Shown: in pieces, positions 21,385 to 32,278 of the stretch
Numbering within the stretch: the stretch's first letter is position 1
Layout: every line of letters begins with the position of its first letter
Assembly (NCBI GenBank): GCA_946965045.2
Contig: OX337241.1
Coordinates: 1,674,001-1,738,000, forward strand
Direction: 5' to 3'
DNA length: 64,000 nucleotides
DNA from: Epithemia pelagica
Taxonomy: Eukaryota > Protista > Bacillariophyta
Translations under genes and position numbers: made by a program
Notes under the pieces: generated by a model
Seen by the model: the letters and a program-made list of their open reading frames with translations, nothing else
The model's database searches: none
Told to the model about the DNA's origin: nothing

Positions 21385-23745
21385 ATGCTTTCCACCATGT
21401 CCCCCTTCCCTGTAGCGGGCTGGAAGGTCCATTCTGTCTTTGGAAGTCACTGTCTTGTATTGAAGGAGTCATTTCTGACAGCTTCCATTGAACAATGTCG
21501 AAAATGGGCGTCCGACAACCATCTCGACATCAATGGGACCTTCTTTCATGTGACTAGAACAACCCGTGGAGCTGATGAGTCTACACCTACTCTAAAGAGA
21601 TACCATGAGAAATATGAAGAGCTTTTTAAGTTCTGTTGTGTTATTGGTGATTGGAGGAGTGCCTGTTTGTTTGGTCGTCATGACAATGGTGACCGTCGTG
21701 TTTGTCCATCGAAGCCATGGAGTGCGCGACCAGAAACACTCGTGAAATTCATGCGGTGGAAGAGTTGGACGAAAAACACACCACTCACATTCAATAATTC
21801 ACCAGTTTGCGATGTGTACGGTGTTCCTATGAAGTGTGTTGGTCACTGGCACGATCCGGGCAATATTGACCAGTTATTCGCGGCAGTTGGATCGCTACAT
21901 CGTATATACGATGATTTGTGTACCGACACATACAGTGAAGTGTGTAATGAGTGTGTGACACTTAACAGTAATGTGTCACATGAAGAGCAGGGGCATACCA
22001 TTTGGCGGTCTTGTCGCGCGCATTCCGGCTCTCCCAAACTACGCCCCTACGGGAATCCTATGTATGCGCGCGTGTTAAATGCGGAAAAAATTCAAATGAA
22101 AAAGAAACTGGCATCTGAGCATATTTGCAAAGGCAATATTCGACTATTGCCTGGACACGTGCGCGATCTCCGGAATTACTTATGGTGCAAAGGTGATATC
22201 TATGGGATGATGCTCTACGTCATGAATCTGATTGGGATTTCCCTGTTTTTGCGCGCTTCAGAGCTTCTTGCGATTAAAAGTTCGGATTTTATCCGTGCGG
22301 GCCATATTGTCAAACCTCACGGAGTGTCTTCACTGGTAATCAAGATCCAAGGAAAGAACGACGACCGTCCAGTTTACATGAAGCTATTCCGGAATGATGA
22401 ATGTCCGGACTTGTGCCCTGTGCGTCATCTGCTCTTCTACGTCGAAGCTGCCGGCCTAGATGGAGATGACTCATACCTGTTCCTGCCGAAGAAGGCCATC
22501 ATGGACATTAGCCTGGGCAAGATTCGTCACAATGCACACATTGGGCCTATGTCATATCCTTCATGGCTCGCCGAGATGAAGAACATGATCTCTACAGTGA
22601 TACCTGAAGTGTACCATGATGAAACCAGTACAATTGGTACCCACACCCTAAGTAAAGTTGGGTACCTATTTGCTGTATGGGGTACGCTAAAGACCCTTAG
22701 CACCTTCGAGCGTGAAGCGACACGACAACCAATGGATAAAAATGGTGAGGTGAACCCTCACTATCCTACGGTCTGTTACTCGGATATCACGGCGGCGGCT
22801 CGGCACAAGTCGATTGCGACGGCTGCCTTGTACATCCAGAATAGCACTATGCTATTCTGGACGATACAAGAGCAGGGTGATCTTTGGACAAAGAACAGGG
22901 TGGCAACGTGGAAAATGAACTATATTGGCGTTTCTATGTCTGCGGTACAATCTATTTCAGCGTACTCACATGCTTTTCAGTTTCCTTTGTTTAAGCAAGC
23001 AGAGTTTTTCATTGAGAAGGAATTGGGTTTACCTTTGCTGAAGTCCGAGAACAGGGAACAGCGGTTGGTTGTTAGTTTTGGAGATGTCGATGCAAAGTTG
23101 ACAGATTTGGCAACTGTGAATGGAATTCTCAATGGCCAAGAGAAAACACTCATTAATCTACTGAACGAGAAGGAGCTCCCACCTTCTTTTACTACGAAGG
23201 TGGTGGGCCTCGTTCATGACATGCAGCGGAATGCTCTCGTTGCGGGACGCGAAGGAGCGAAGAGGGTGGCGGAGCAGCACTCTTCATCATCGGACTGTCG
23301 GAAACAACAACGGGTCAGCCAGCTGATGGAAGTCACTTGCACACCCAGAACACAACAACCTACCCAGCATTCACCTACGGTGCTGGTGACTCCTCCTACG
23401 GTGCTGGTGACTCCTCCTGCGGAAACAGGGCTAGGATTGTTTGCTAGATTGGAGATTACTCGAGACTTGGGGCATTGGAGGACGAAGTGGTCAAGGATGA
23501 AAAAATCAAAATCAAAGGCAGATAGAAGACAGATGATGAATTTCCTACGTGCACTTGCCGAGATCCCACGCTGTGAAATGAATGACGCGGCCAGGCAGTG
23601 GAAACTGAGGGTATTGAAGGTGTTGGAGTCGTTTGAGAATTGTGTGATGCATTGTTATGCTGGAGATAGAGGCAAATTCTGCATTGGAAAGCACAAGGGG
23701 GTGAAAGATGGATGCAACAAATGCACATGTGACAAGGGGGATTGA
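21385..23745 (+). CDS. Crypton-like tyrosine recombinase (786 aa); HxxR arginine replaced by Ser
   Basis: YR boxes LFLRASELL (R), QGKND (K), GTHTLSKVGYLFA (H-x-x-R reading H-T-L-S) and AARHKSIATAALY (H...Y). Cys/His clusters at the N- and C-termini; no RT or DDE domain. Confidence 0.8.
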   Translation: MLSTMSPFPVAGWKVHSVFGSHCLVLKESFLTASIEQCRKWASDNHLDINGTFFHVTRTTRGADESTPTLKRYHEKYEELFKFCCVIGDWRSACLFGRHDNGDRRVCPSKPWSARPETLVKFMRWKSWTKNTPLTFNNSPVCDVYGVPMKCVGHWHDPGNIDQLFAAVGSLHRIYDDLCTDTYSEVCNECVTLNSNVSHEEQGHTIWRSCRAHSGSPKLRPYGNPMYARVLNAEKIQMKKKLASEHICKGNIRLLPGHVRDLRNYLWCKGDIYGMMLYVMNLIGISLFLRASELLAIKSSDFIRAGHIVKPHGVSSLVIKIQGKNDDRPVYMKLFRNDECPDLCPVRHLLFYVEAAGLDGDDSYLFLPKKAIMDISLGKIRHNAHIGPMSYPSWLAEMKNMISTVIPEVYHDETSTIGTHTLSKVGYLFAVWGTLKTLSTFEREATRQPMDKNGEVNPHYPTVCYSDITAAARHKSIATAALYIQNSTMLFWTIQEQGDLWTKNRVATWKMNYIGVSMSAVQSISAYSHAFQFPLFKQAEFFIEKELGLPLLKSENREQRLVVSFGDVDAKLTDLATVNGILNGQEKTLINLLNEKELPPSFTTKVVGLVHDMQRNALVAGREGAKRVAEQHSSSSDCRKQQRVSQLMEVTCTPRTQQPTQHSPTVLVTPPTVLVTPPAETGLGLFARLEITRDLGHWRTKWSRMKKSKSKADRRQMMNFLRALAEIPRCEMNDAARQWKLRVLKVLESFENCVMHCYAGDRGKFCIGKHKGVKDGCNKCTCDKGD

Positions 23746-24885
23746 TGGCCCCCTCTCACATTGTCTACAAGGCCTGAAGGTGGTTGTAAAGGTTGTCGCC
23801 TGTTACCCGTGGGACAGTAACAGGTGGGTGGTGGTGGGAACGACCATAAACACACAAAAACTGCATATTCTTGTTTATCTTAGTCTATTTGTTAACTCTA
23901 CATTGTTTTCTGTAGTCAAATGTGCCTTTTTGGTTTGTACATAGGCACAACAGACGACAAAAGACAAGACAAGAAAAGAAAAGGCATGCGACAAAGGGCC
24001 ATCACGAGACGGAAGGAGTTATGAAAACTTGGTCGCACTTATATGGAATACAGTTCTACTCATTAACCTAATGACCATCATGGATGCAACCATCAAATGG
24101 ATGATATGGTCCTACGGCCGAAAGCGCAACAACAAAACACAATCGAAGCTCGAAGCATGAAAAACGAGCAAAGTGCGCAAAAATCTGAGATTGAGTCGTC
24201 GGAAGTTCGGACAAAACCAATGGTCGGAAGGCGAAGGCGTAAAAGACCCCGGAAACAGCGCCCACGTGCTCGGTTATGGAGCAGAGGTGGGGCTCGAGAA
24301 GACACAGTACCACAGTGCAACGAAAAGTATGGGCCAAAACTGAACCGACTGAACCGCTCGTAATAGAATCTTTTACCACCGTGAAAGATCCTAGGTTAAG
24401 AATTCGAGGCCCGTAGAAGACCCCACCTCGAAACTCGAATCTTGATTTTTGCCTCGATTTTTTTTTACCACCCCGATGCGCCTAAGTTAGGAGTATACCT
24501 CACATCTTGCTTCGTGAGATAGCTGGGGGCGAGGCCCAAAAAAGGGGGTCTACTACGAATCATGGGGCACTTCATAATTTCCAGAGTTATCATGAGAATA
24601 TTGAGTAAATAATAGTAATTAATGATGAACCAAACACGATCGAGCGTAACAATTGAAACACGAATCGAAACTGCAAAGCACCAAGCACCCTCGCCCCTCG
24701 CCATCAAACTCACTTTGCGATTTTCGCGGCATTCATCATATTGTGCGTCCATCGCTCTGTGGTTGGTTGTCCCTGTCGTTCAGCTTCGAGAGAGTACAAG
24801 GACGATTGAGCCTGGTTTTGATTGTCTGAACACAGCCGACTTGACATCTGATCTTATTCCTTGATAGATTTGCAGGTATAGAAAG

Positions 24886-26796
24886 ATGATGTCCAATACA
24901 GTGGTGGCACATCATGCTCATCGCGAAATCAATCCAGAAGAAGTGGGACACGAAGTTCCCTCGTCGATCGATGACTCAAACAATGATCAGGGACAAGAAG
25001 ACTACCAGCAACACAACGGCATGATAGATGGGGCCCCAGTAGGATCAGCAACAGTGAGAGGAAACACAGGGGATGAGTCTCCCTCCAGGCCACAGCCCAA
25101 CAAGAACAACAACAGTGTCGCCACATTGAGTTCTCCGTGGCAATACGACGAAATGGCCAAAACCTGCTCTTCCTGTCACTGCGAGTTCAATCCTCTCAAT
25201 CGGCGTCACCATTGTCGTTTGTGTGGCAAAATATTTTGTCACAATTGTAGTTCCCAACGTGCCTTGGTTCCTCCCTCCAGCATTGTCTTGGTACCTCGCG
25301 GAGGAAAAAAGGCCAAAATCTCCAATAACGAAGCTTCCTTTTCACCGGACCATGACCCGGATCGGATGTTAACCTATTTGTCAGGTGGAGATGCCAATGA
25401 ACTGTTGTATGGCAAAGGCTTGGAAGAACGGTTCAAATTGGCTCGTGAACCACTACGAGTTTGCAAACCTTGTTTTCAACAATTGGCTCCCTTACAAGAA
25501 GATTTGAGAGCTTCCAATTCCAATGCGATGCGATTCAATCACATTGACCCCACCGATGCGCGACGACTTTTTAATAGTCCCATTGCTCATACACTGGGAC
25601 ACGAAATTCGAAAGGCGGCCTATACGCTCAACAATTTGCTACCCCAGCCTCGTCGGATGGGAGCCCTGGTACCAACCACTGCCTTCAACTCCACACTCAA
25701 CCAGGGAGACTTGTCAGAGTGCACACAGTGCAAGGAAGAATGTTCTACTATATCTCCTAATTTGGGAGATTGGGATGGCGTTCGTATACCAGCACGATTG
25801 TTGGAGGAAGCCAAGGGCATTGCGGTCATGACAGTGGTTAAAGGTGGCCTCGGTCTTGCTGGCTTTGAATTTGGAACGGGTCTTGTTGTAGCGCGGACGG
25901 GCGAAGGCGGACGCTGGTCGGCTCCGTCGGCAATTGGTACTGGAGGCATTAGCTGGGGTGCCCTCATTGGCGCTCAGGTATCGGATCATGTCTTTTTGTT
26001 GATGAATGATGCATCCGTGCACATGCTCTTTTCCAATAAGGGCAGTGTTCAATTGGGAGCCGATGTGGGAATTGCGGTAGGTCCCTTGGGTCGTGCCGTC
26101 GAAGGGAACTTGGGTGCCTCGGTGGGCAATGCTGTGGCACCCATTTATACCTATAGTTTGTCCAAAGGTTTGTATGCCGGAATTTCGTTGGACGGAAAAG
26201 TAATTTGTACACGAAATCATGTCAATGAGAAATTTTATGGCCGACCCGTGACAGGGCCTGAAATATTGGCCGGTGCCGTGCCTCTCCCCCCAGCGGCACA
26301 ACCCTTGTACGAAGCCTTGGCCCGGTGTCACGTCTATGCCTCCCAGTGGGAAAGCAGCCATCCTCATGCTGCAGGCAACAAGGCCAACATGAATGGCTTG
26401 CAACGAATTCAACAAGAGCATAGTTTGTATCAACAGCAGCATCAGCAACAACGACAACAAGTCCAATACAATCAGTTTCTCGACCCGGAACACGTAGGAT
26501 TGTTATCGTCGGCCTCATCGGCCGTGGTTCCTCCAAACGCTACTGCATTTCCCCAAGAAGAATTGGCAGCGCGACCGGAATATGGACAAGGTCCCTATCA
26601 AGACGACCATGCCGTCGGAATACCACCAGTTCAACAACAAGAACCTCAAGCAACAACTACTGACAGCCGCCAGAATGTGGTGATTGTTTCGACTACACCA
26701 CCAGCGGCGCCCCACCCAGAGGGGACTGATGCCATGTCCTTGTCTGACTCGTTTACGGGGACCATGAGTGAAATTACGGTTGATCCAGGTTATTGA
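24886..26796 (+). CDS. FYVE zinc finger + SYLF (Ysc84/LSB3-type) domain protein
   Basis: FYVE: CSSCHCEF..RRHHCRLCGKIFCHNCS..RVCKPC. SYLF: AKGIAVMTVVKGG..GTGLVVAR..WSAPSAI..WGALIG..YSLSKGLYAGISLDG..R..VNEKFYG. Confidence 0.92.
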   Translation: MMSNTVVAHHAHREINPEEVGHEVPSSIDDSNNDQGQEDYQQHNGMIDGAPVGSATVRGNTGDESPSRPQPNKNNNSVATLSSPWQYDEMAKTCSSCHCEFNPLNRRHHCRLCGKIFCHNCSSQRALVPPSSIVLVPRGGKKAKISNNEASFSPDHDPDRMLTYLSGGDANELLYGKGLEERFKLAREPLRVCKPCFQQLAPLQEDLRASNSNAMRFNHIDPTDARRLFNSPIAHTLGHEIRKAAYTLNNLLPQPRRMGALVPTTAFNSTLNQGDLSECTQCKEECSTISPNLGDWDGVRIPARLLEEAKGIAVMTVVKGGLGLAGFEFGTGLVVARTGEGGRWSAPSAIGTGGISWGALIGAQVSDHVFLLMNDASVHMLFSNKGSVQLGADVGIAVGPLGRAVEGNLGASVGNAVAPIYTYSLSKGLYAGISLDGKVICTRNHVNEKFYGRPVTGPEILAGAVPLPPAAQPLYEALARCHVYASQWESSHPHAAGNKANMNGLQRIQQEHSLYQQQHQQQRQQVQYNQFLDPEHVGLLSSASSAVVPPNATAFPQEELAARPEYGQGPYQDDHAVGIPPVQQQEPQATTTDSRQNVVIVSTTPPAAPHPEGTDAMSLSDSFTGTMSEITVDPGY

Positions 26797-27546
26797 GTTC
26801 TTGCTTCGCTTTGAGCAACGACCAGAACAGGCCTCCCGAATGGCTCCCGTATGGCTATGGAAGAGAGTATTGAACACATTGTGGTCAAATTGAAATGAAG
26901 CCCTCTCTCAGATGTGGATGCAGGAATTGTGTACCTCCTACTATTATACTGTTTTGAGTATGCTTGCACACACGATGTATAACTATCCATAACCTTCCCA
27001 CAATTTCAAGGTTAAACACTCACAGACCTGCAAGACATGGCTGTGTTGTATCAGAATCTTATTGTACAAAATCGTGTGCTATTTTGGACGATCCGTGGAG
27101 TCGAGTGCTTCAAATCAAAATACCATACTTACTTGTCTGGTGACCAAATTTCCGACAAATCAACCGTGTCAGAACTTGTAAGCTTGACGTGTAGAGGTGA
27201 GGCATAAGGTATGAGAGAGAGCTATGTATCATATGGTTAGAATGAAAACTAGCGATCGGAAGGAAGAGACTGCCATCAATTTTCAGCTCCGATCACACGG
27301 CGGCTTCTCCACGCTTTGGATCGGAGTCTGGACTATCGGGCGCCTTCTGTAATGAATGTAAACACCATGTACATTCTAGTCATTCCCTGCAGGGAACTAG
27401 AAGTGACAAGAAGAAGAAAATAATCGATGTTGACAGAATACATCAGGCTTAAAAGTACATTCATTACACGTAGTATACAGGCAAGATGTGTGGTGTTACA
27501 ACATTCTTCCTTTCTAGTGGAAGGGGTGCTCCTGGTGTGCCGCTTT

Positions 27547-28224
27547 TCACGGAGCCGCGGCATGAGCTTGAGCCAAAAAGGCGGCAAACACGCGAGAAGG
27601 TCGACTCACTTCTTTTGATGCAAGGGATATTGCATTTTCCACGCTGGTATTATTGTTGCACATGGCCGTATCTTGCCAGTACTCAACAATTTGTACTAGT
27701 TGGCGACGACGCATGGCACGATCCTGAACAATTTTGCGATGTATCACTCGTTCCAAGCCCAGGCGATCGGCGGTCATCGAGACCCAGTAGAAGAAGGCAG
27801 ATTCATCATATGGATGCAGTTCGCAGCAAGTCATCTGTTTTTCATCTTCTTCCGTGGCCTCACAACATGCATTGTAGATCCGTTGAAAAATTTGTTGATA
27901 GGACATGGGATTTTTTCGGTGTTCCCGTTCGACTTGGATTACATCTTTTATTGTCTCCACATAAGTACTCTTGAAATCTTGAAGTTCAGTTCTACTCCAC
28001 CATAGTGGAGAGATATCTTCTCGGCACATCTTTGTGTTTTGATAAGCCTTGTTAGCCGTTTCGTCAAAGAAAACGCGACGGACATGGCTCTCTTTGCTCC
28101 CTCCTCTTGTTGCCTTTGGTCGATGTGGCTCTGACGCTACAACTTCGAACGTAGACGAAACAGAGTTGTCCTCAGAGGATTCTCTGTTGTAAGCCATGGA
28201 GCTTTGTTTAGTAGAGAGTCTCAT
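27547..28224 (-). CDS. Hypothetical protein (225 aa) of a common diatom-type family
   Basis: ATG-started ORF with the RVFFD..LWW..ELQDFK and LGLE patterns seen in many diatom hypothetical proteins (recognised from memory, not searched). Confidence 0.65.
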   Translation of the reverse strand: MRLSTKQSSMAYNRESSEDNSVSSTFEVVASEPHRPKATRGGSKESHVRRVFFDETANKAYQNTKMCREDISPLWWSRTELQDFKSTYVETIKDVIQVEREHRKNPMSYQQIFQRIYNACCEATEEDEKQMTCCELHPYDESAFFYWVSMTADRLGLERVIHRKIVQDRAMRRRQLVQIVEYWQDTAMCNNNTSVENAISLASKEVSRPSRVFAAFLAQAHAAAP

Positions 28225-30135
28225 CCTTCCAGTTTTTCCAATGCGAGTAGAATTGTGTTCACAATCTCACAACAAAAGAAAAACGAGACTGGATATTGAA
28301 CATTTGCGATTTGCGCTTCGAATTTATGGGGTCCAACCAGTGATCATAATTCATAATGACTTGTGAAAGGATGAACTTTCACAATTACGAGTATTGCTAC
28401 TTGCTGTACTCGTACCCGCACCAATTATCAAGTGTACGAGTACAGTTAATACCAGTATTCTATGGCACCGACTACATGTCCGCTTTTTAGTGGTCTGCCT
28501 GTCAACTCTTGCATGGTCTGTCCCACTCACCAAAAACTCCAACTCCGCCAGAAAAAAACTGACCTTCCGTCTGGAGTGGCTGGCGTGCTTTGGCAGTTGA
28601 AAGTTGGCAGGCGCTCTGCTCAAAATATTCCTGTTCGGTCAGGGGTCATAAAATCGACGCACGCAACAAAATGAGGCAACGACCAAACCAATAACCAACA
28701 CCAAAACGGCCTCATGCTTCGTCACTGAGCATCTCATCTTTGTCAGCATGGTAAGTTCCACAAAGCTTAATCACTGCATTAGAATTGGACAATGGTTTGG
28801 GATAGGTTCTCACTTCTTCGCCACACTGCCATGTGTTTGTGCCGTTTAACATCCATTTTTGGTCCATTCAATGGGCGGCAGCTAAAATCAATTGTAGGAT
28901 TGTAGGATTCTTTTAGTATTCCATAGAGTTTTAAAGCTCAGTGAGATAGGATTAGTGGAGTAAACCATCCATTTCTCATCTGTTGCTCAGTTTGAGTCTT
29001 CAGTTGTTTGTGCTGTCGACTTGCTCCTCTTGGTCTGTTTTTATTGCCCGGAGCATGCCTGGTGTTTCGCAGCAGCATGCATGTGTGACTCTGCATGTTC
29101 CATAACAAAAGCAGGAAGAGAGTCATCCTAAAATAGGGGTGTAGGTTTAGTGTGTAGTTGTAGGTCAATTGCTCGCAAAGAGACAAGCCTAGGAATAGAC
29201 AAGGTGTTGTGGATGAGGGTGTGCTTTTAAACCGAGAACTACACGAGAAAAAACAACACTAGAAAAAGGAGGGATGGGGGCACAGCCAAACTCTATCTAT
29301 GGTCTATTCATGTCAAAAAATGTCAGTGGTATGCACGATGGAGAATGCATGGTCATGGTGCATGTCCATTGTCCATGACAAACAGAGACGAGAAAAGACG
29401 AGAAAAAATTGTGTGAGAATTGGAACTTGGAAGAGGGACGAACCAAGACCAACGGTCAAAGCGCGCACGTCTGCTCACAAGATTTCGAAAGGGTGATCCA
29501 GAAGGCCGGCGTGATCATTTTCATTTTGACTAGAAATTTTCTTCATAAACGAAAAAAAACGAAAATGAAAATGATTGGTGGCGGAGAGCGGCCGGACGGC
29601 TAAGAAGCGGACATCTAGTCGGAGGGTTATTAGATCCATCTCATTAGAATATTGGTTGGGAGCTAATGAGTGATAAGTTGACCTGCTCACGTGTCATGTC
29701 GGGTTGTTTGATGTTTGCGTGTTTGGTGATTGGATTTTGGATAATTCCCTGGATTCCGGAATTCCGAAGCATGTAAGAGGATTCGAGATGTCAACTACGC
29801 CCTACATAATATATTCATAGCCTAATACAAGTACTGGATCAGATCCTCTCGTTCTCGACTCTCGACTCGACTACTCGTACGAGTACTCGTATACTCGTAT
29901 GACTACGAGTATGGAACGGAGTGCGATATGCGATAATGATAATAATATTAGCGAAAAACGAACAGGGGACGAGCAAGTACTGGTTCGACATTCGACATCG
30001 TTCGAGTACCCTACGCCCACGCCTAGCCCAATCAAAACCCCCAATTCTCTTTACCACTTACTTCCAATAACTTGATTACACTTGGATTTTGGATTACAAA
30101 AAATTACGATACTCGTTGAGGAGGACAAAATCATA

Positions 30136-30198
30136 TAAGGGCTGGGGATACCGATCCATGTACATCTAAGTAGGCTCAGTACAAAAGCTACGTAGTAC
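30136..30198 (+). repeat. Left inverted terminal repeat
   Basis: TAAGGGCTGGGGATACCGATCCATGTACATCTAAGTAGGCTCAGTACAAAAGCTACGTAGTAC; near reverse complement of 39414-39479. Confidence 0.9.
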
Positions 30199-30894
30199 GT
30201 AGGCACTCATCGATTCAACGCCTCACTGACACTCCATCATTCTGACTCCGACTTCTCATAGATCACCAAGTTTCAGACAGAGTCACAAACGCCAAAGAGT
30301 TCCAGCACATATGTTTGCTATGTACTGTTAAGTATGTAAGGGGAACTCCATCCTGATGGAGTGTGACCTAGGCGCCTCACGGGGCACCTACCGTAATTTT
30401 CGGTGTTTTGTACCCCTCGCATTCCCGTCCCCCCCACCCCCTCAGATGTACATGTCCCCATAACTTTTTATCTGCAGGCTCTTTCCTGGTGATAGGGTTA
30501 CCCCCACATTCCTCACGTTCCGAGCTTTCCATCACACTGCCTGACATTCCATGGAAGTGAATCAAAGAGGAGAAACAAGAGATACAGCATGATGGGTATT
30601 ATGCTTAGGGTTAAGGCTACGCGTTGAAGCACGGTCTTTCCCCTAGCTGGAATAGTGCGACCAATTCTTCTCTACTACTCCGATGTTGAAGTTGAATATT
30701 ACTATGAAAATAATTGTACCTTGCGTATGGAATCTTAAAAAAAATAGTAAAAATTCTCTTGGTCCTGTACCCCCCTCACTGATCCATGCACATTCCGGGG
30801 GTACAGGAATCCGAAAATTACGGTAGTCACAAGGATCGACGTGTTCAAACTGGCTGTCACAGTAAGAGACACTCTTACCCCCCGCAGCAAATTT

Positions 30895-32100
30895 CTAGTC
30901 CTGAAGTCGGACCTCATGAAGCCACAAATCAAGTTGTCGGATGGTGGATGGTCTTTCACTCTTTGGATACGGGCGAAAAAGTGGGCCGTGAATGACCTTG
31001 CGACTCTCATATAGTTGGAGCAAACGGCACAACCACTTCCGGTTGGGTATTCCCGACGCTGTAGTCTCAACCAATGGCATTTTGTGTTTTTGTCTGGCGA
31101 TCATACCCTTAAACCTGCCCTCGAGTGCCAACAACACGTGTGGTTTTGTCGGATGCATTCCTCTCTTGGTCAAGTGGCAGGTCTCAAACAGACGCACATG
31201 AGCCAATTCTTCTCCCCTCAAGGCGCTAGAAAAACCCAACGTCAAAGCAGCACCCACTGTGGCCAGTTCGAATGTCTCTTTGTCATCCTGCATTTGGATC
31301 GCCTCTTGAAAGCGTCGCTCAATGATACTCTCCAGCGCAATCAACGTCTCCACGGACATAGCTGCGTCTTGAATCTTGACATCGCCCATTCTCTCATGCG
31401 AGCCGTCCATGAAGCGCTTAAACCAAAGCGAATTCGAGACACTGTCGGTCACTCTTGTTGATTTCCTTCCGTCTGTCAACACTGATCCTTTGGTTCCCGA
31501 CGGAGTGGAATGGATATAGTTTGAAAACGCCGACCAAATTCCCCGCATGGTGTCCCATTGGATAGTTCGTGAATTCTTCCCCTTGTCCAAAGATCGTTGA
31601 AGCGAGATCATGGCCGGAATCATGCCAACTGTATCCTCGACAGGGTAAGGCCCACGCAAATGTTTTGGAGCGGGAGATGCAATCCTCAACGAATAAAGAA
31701 TATTCATTGCCTTTGTCATTTCTCAAAGATTTCCTTGTACAGTACTGGTTCTTCTTGCCCAAAAAGCATCTAAATTAGCGCAAATCATGCACTTGAGAGC
31801 CCAACAGTCTCTGTCATCATCAATCATAGGATCCCTCTTGTAAATATTGCGGAAATGACAGAGTTCACATTGGAAAGGGGTCATGAGATGGTCTCCGGCT
31901 CGAGCTGTAGTAAACCAAGCCTTTAGGTCACGCTTTTCCGTATCCGTAGTGTCCCATCCCGCGTCCTCTTCTACTAGGTTCCCGTACTCGTCTTCTTCGA
32001 GGCTCAGAGGTTGGAGATCCTTAGGGAACGGATCCGCTGTTCCTGGAACCACGTAGCATTGAGGATGATACGCCCCCAGGCATGGAGTCCAATGCCCGCG
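30895..32100 (-). pseudogene. DIRS tyrosine recombinase, interrupted by TGA and C-terminally truncated
   Basis: GHWTPCLGAYHPQCY..GDHLMTPFQCELCHFRN..ANLDAFWAR, then TGA at 31720-31722 in frame with ORF 30895-31719 (ALRGEEL box I). It ends at LHEVRLQD*, with no second-Arg box and no catalytic Tyr. Confidence 0.85.
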
Positions 32101-32278
32101 CGCGTGTCCATAATTGGCGCAGATAATCCCTCACGTGTGCGATAGACTTCCGGTGCATCTGACGCAACACATCTCCTTCATACTTGAGAACATCGGAGAA
32201 TTTAACTCGCCAAGGGTTTCTGCTGAGTAACGGAAACGCGAACGCTATGGTGAGTGGTTCATGTTCAGTATCTTTTGG

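Larger units (their letters stand above)
9755..24482. mobile_element. 14.7-kb TIR-bounded composite element (TAA target duplication) containing a nested Copia and a tyrosine recombinase ORF
   Basis: 58-bp near-perfect TIRs: GGCGCATCAGGGTGGTAAAAAAAATTCGAGGCAAAAATCAAGATTCGAGTTTCGAGGT at 9755-9812 and its reverse complement at 24425-24482 (about 2 mismatches). TAA at 9752-9754 and 24483-24485. Confidence 0.85.

Noticed and set aside
23374-23415. 21-bp tandem duplication in the YR tail (PTVLVTP x2)
   Set aside because: An ordinary in-frame slippage duplication in a disordered linker.
9755-24482. PIF/Harbinger DDE transposase or Myb-like ORF expected from the TAA/TIR signature
   Set aside because: No GAIDGTH-, DxxY- or VExxFG-like motifs were found in the ORFs of the non-Copia part; not annotated.
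28225-30135. Short ORFs in the intergenic stretch
   Set aside because: All under ~95 aa, mutually overlapping and without domains; treated as non-coding.
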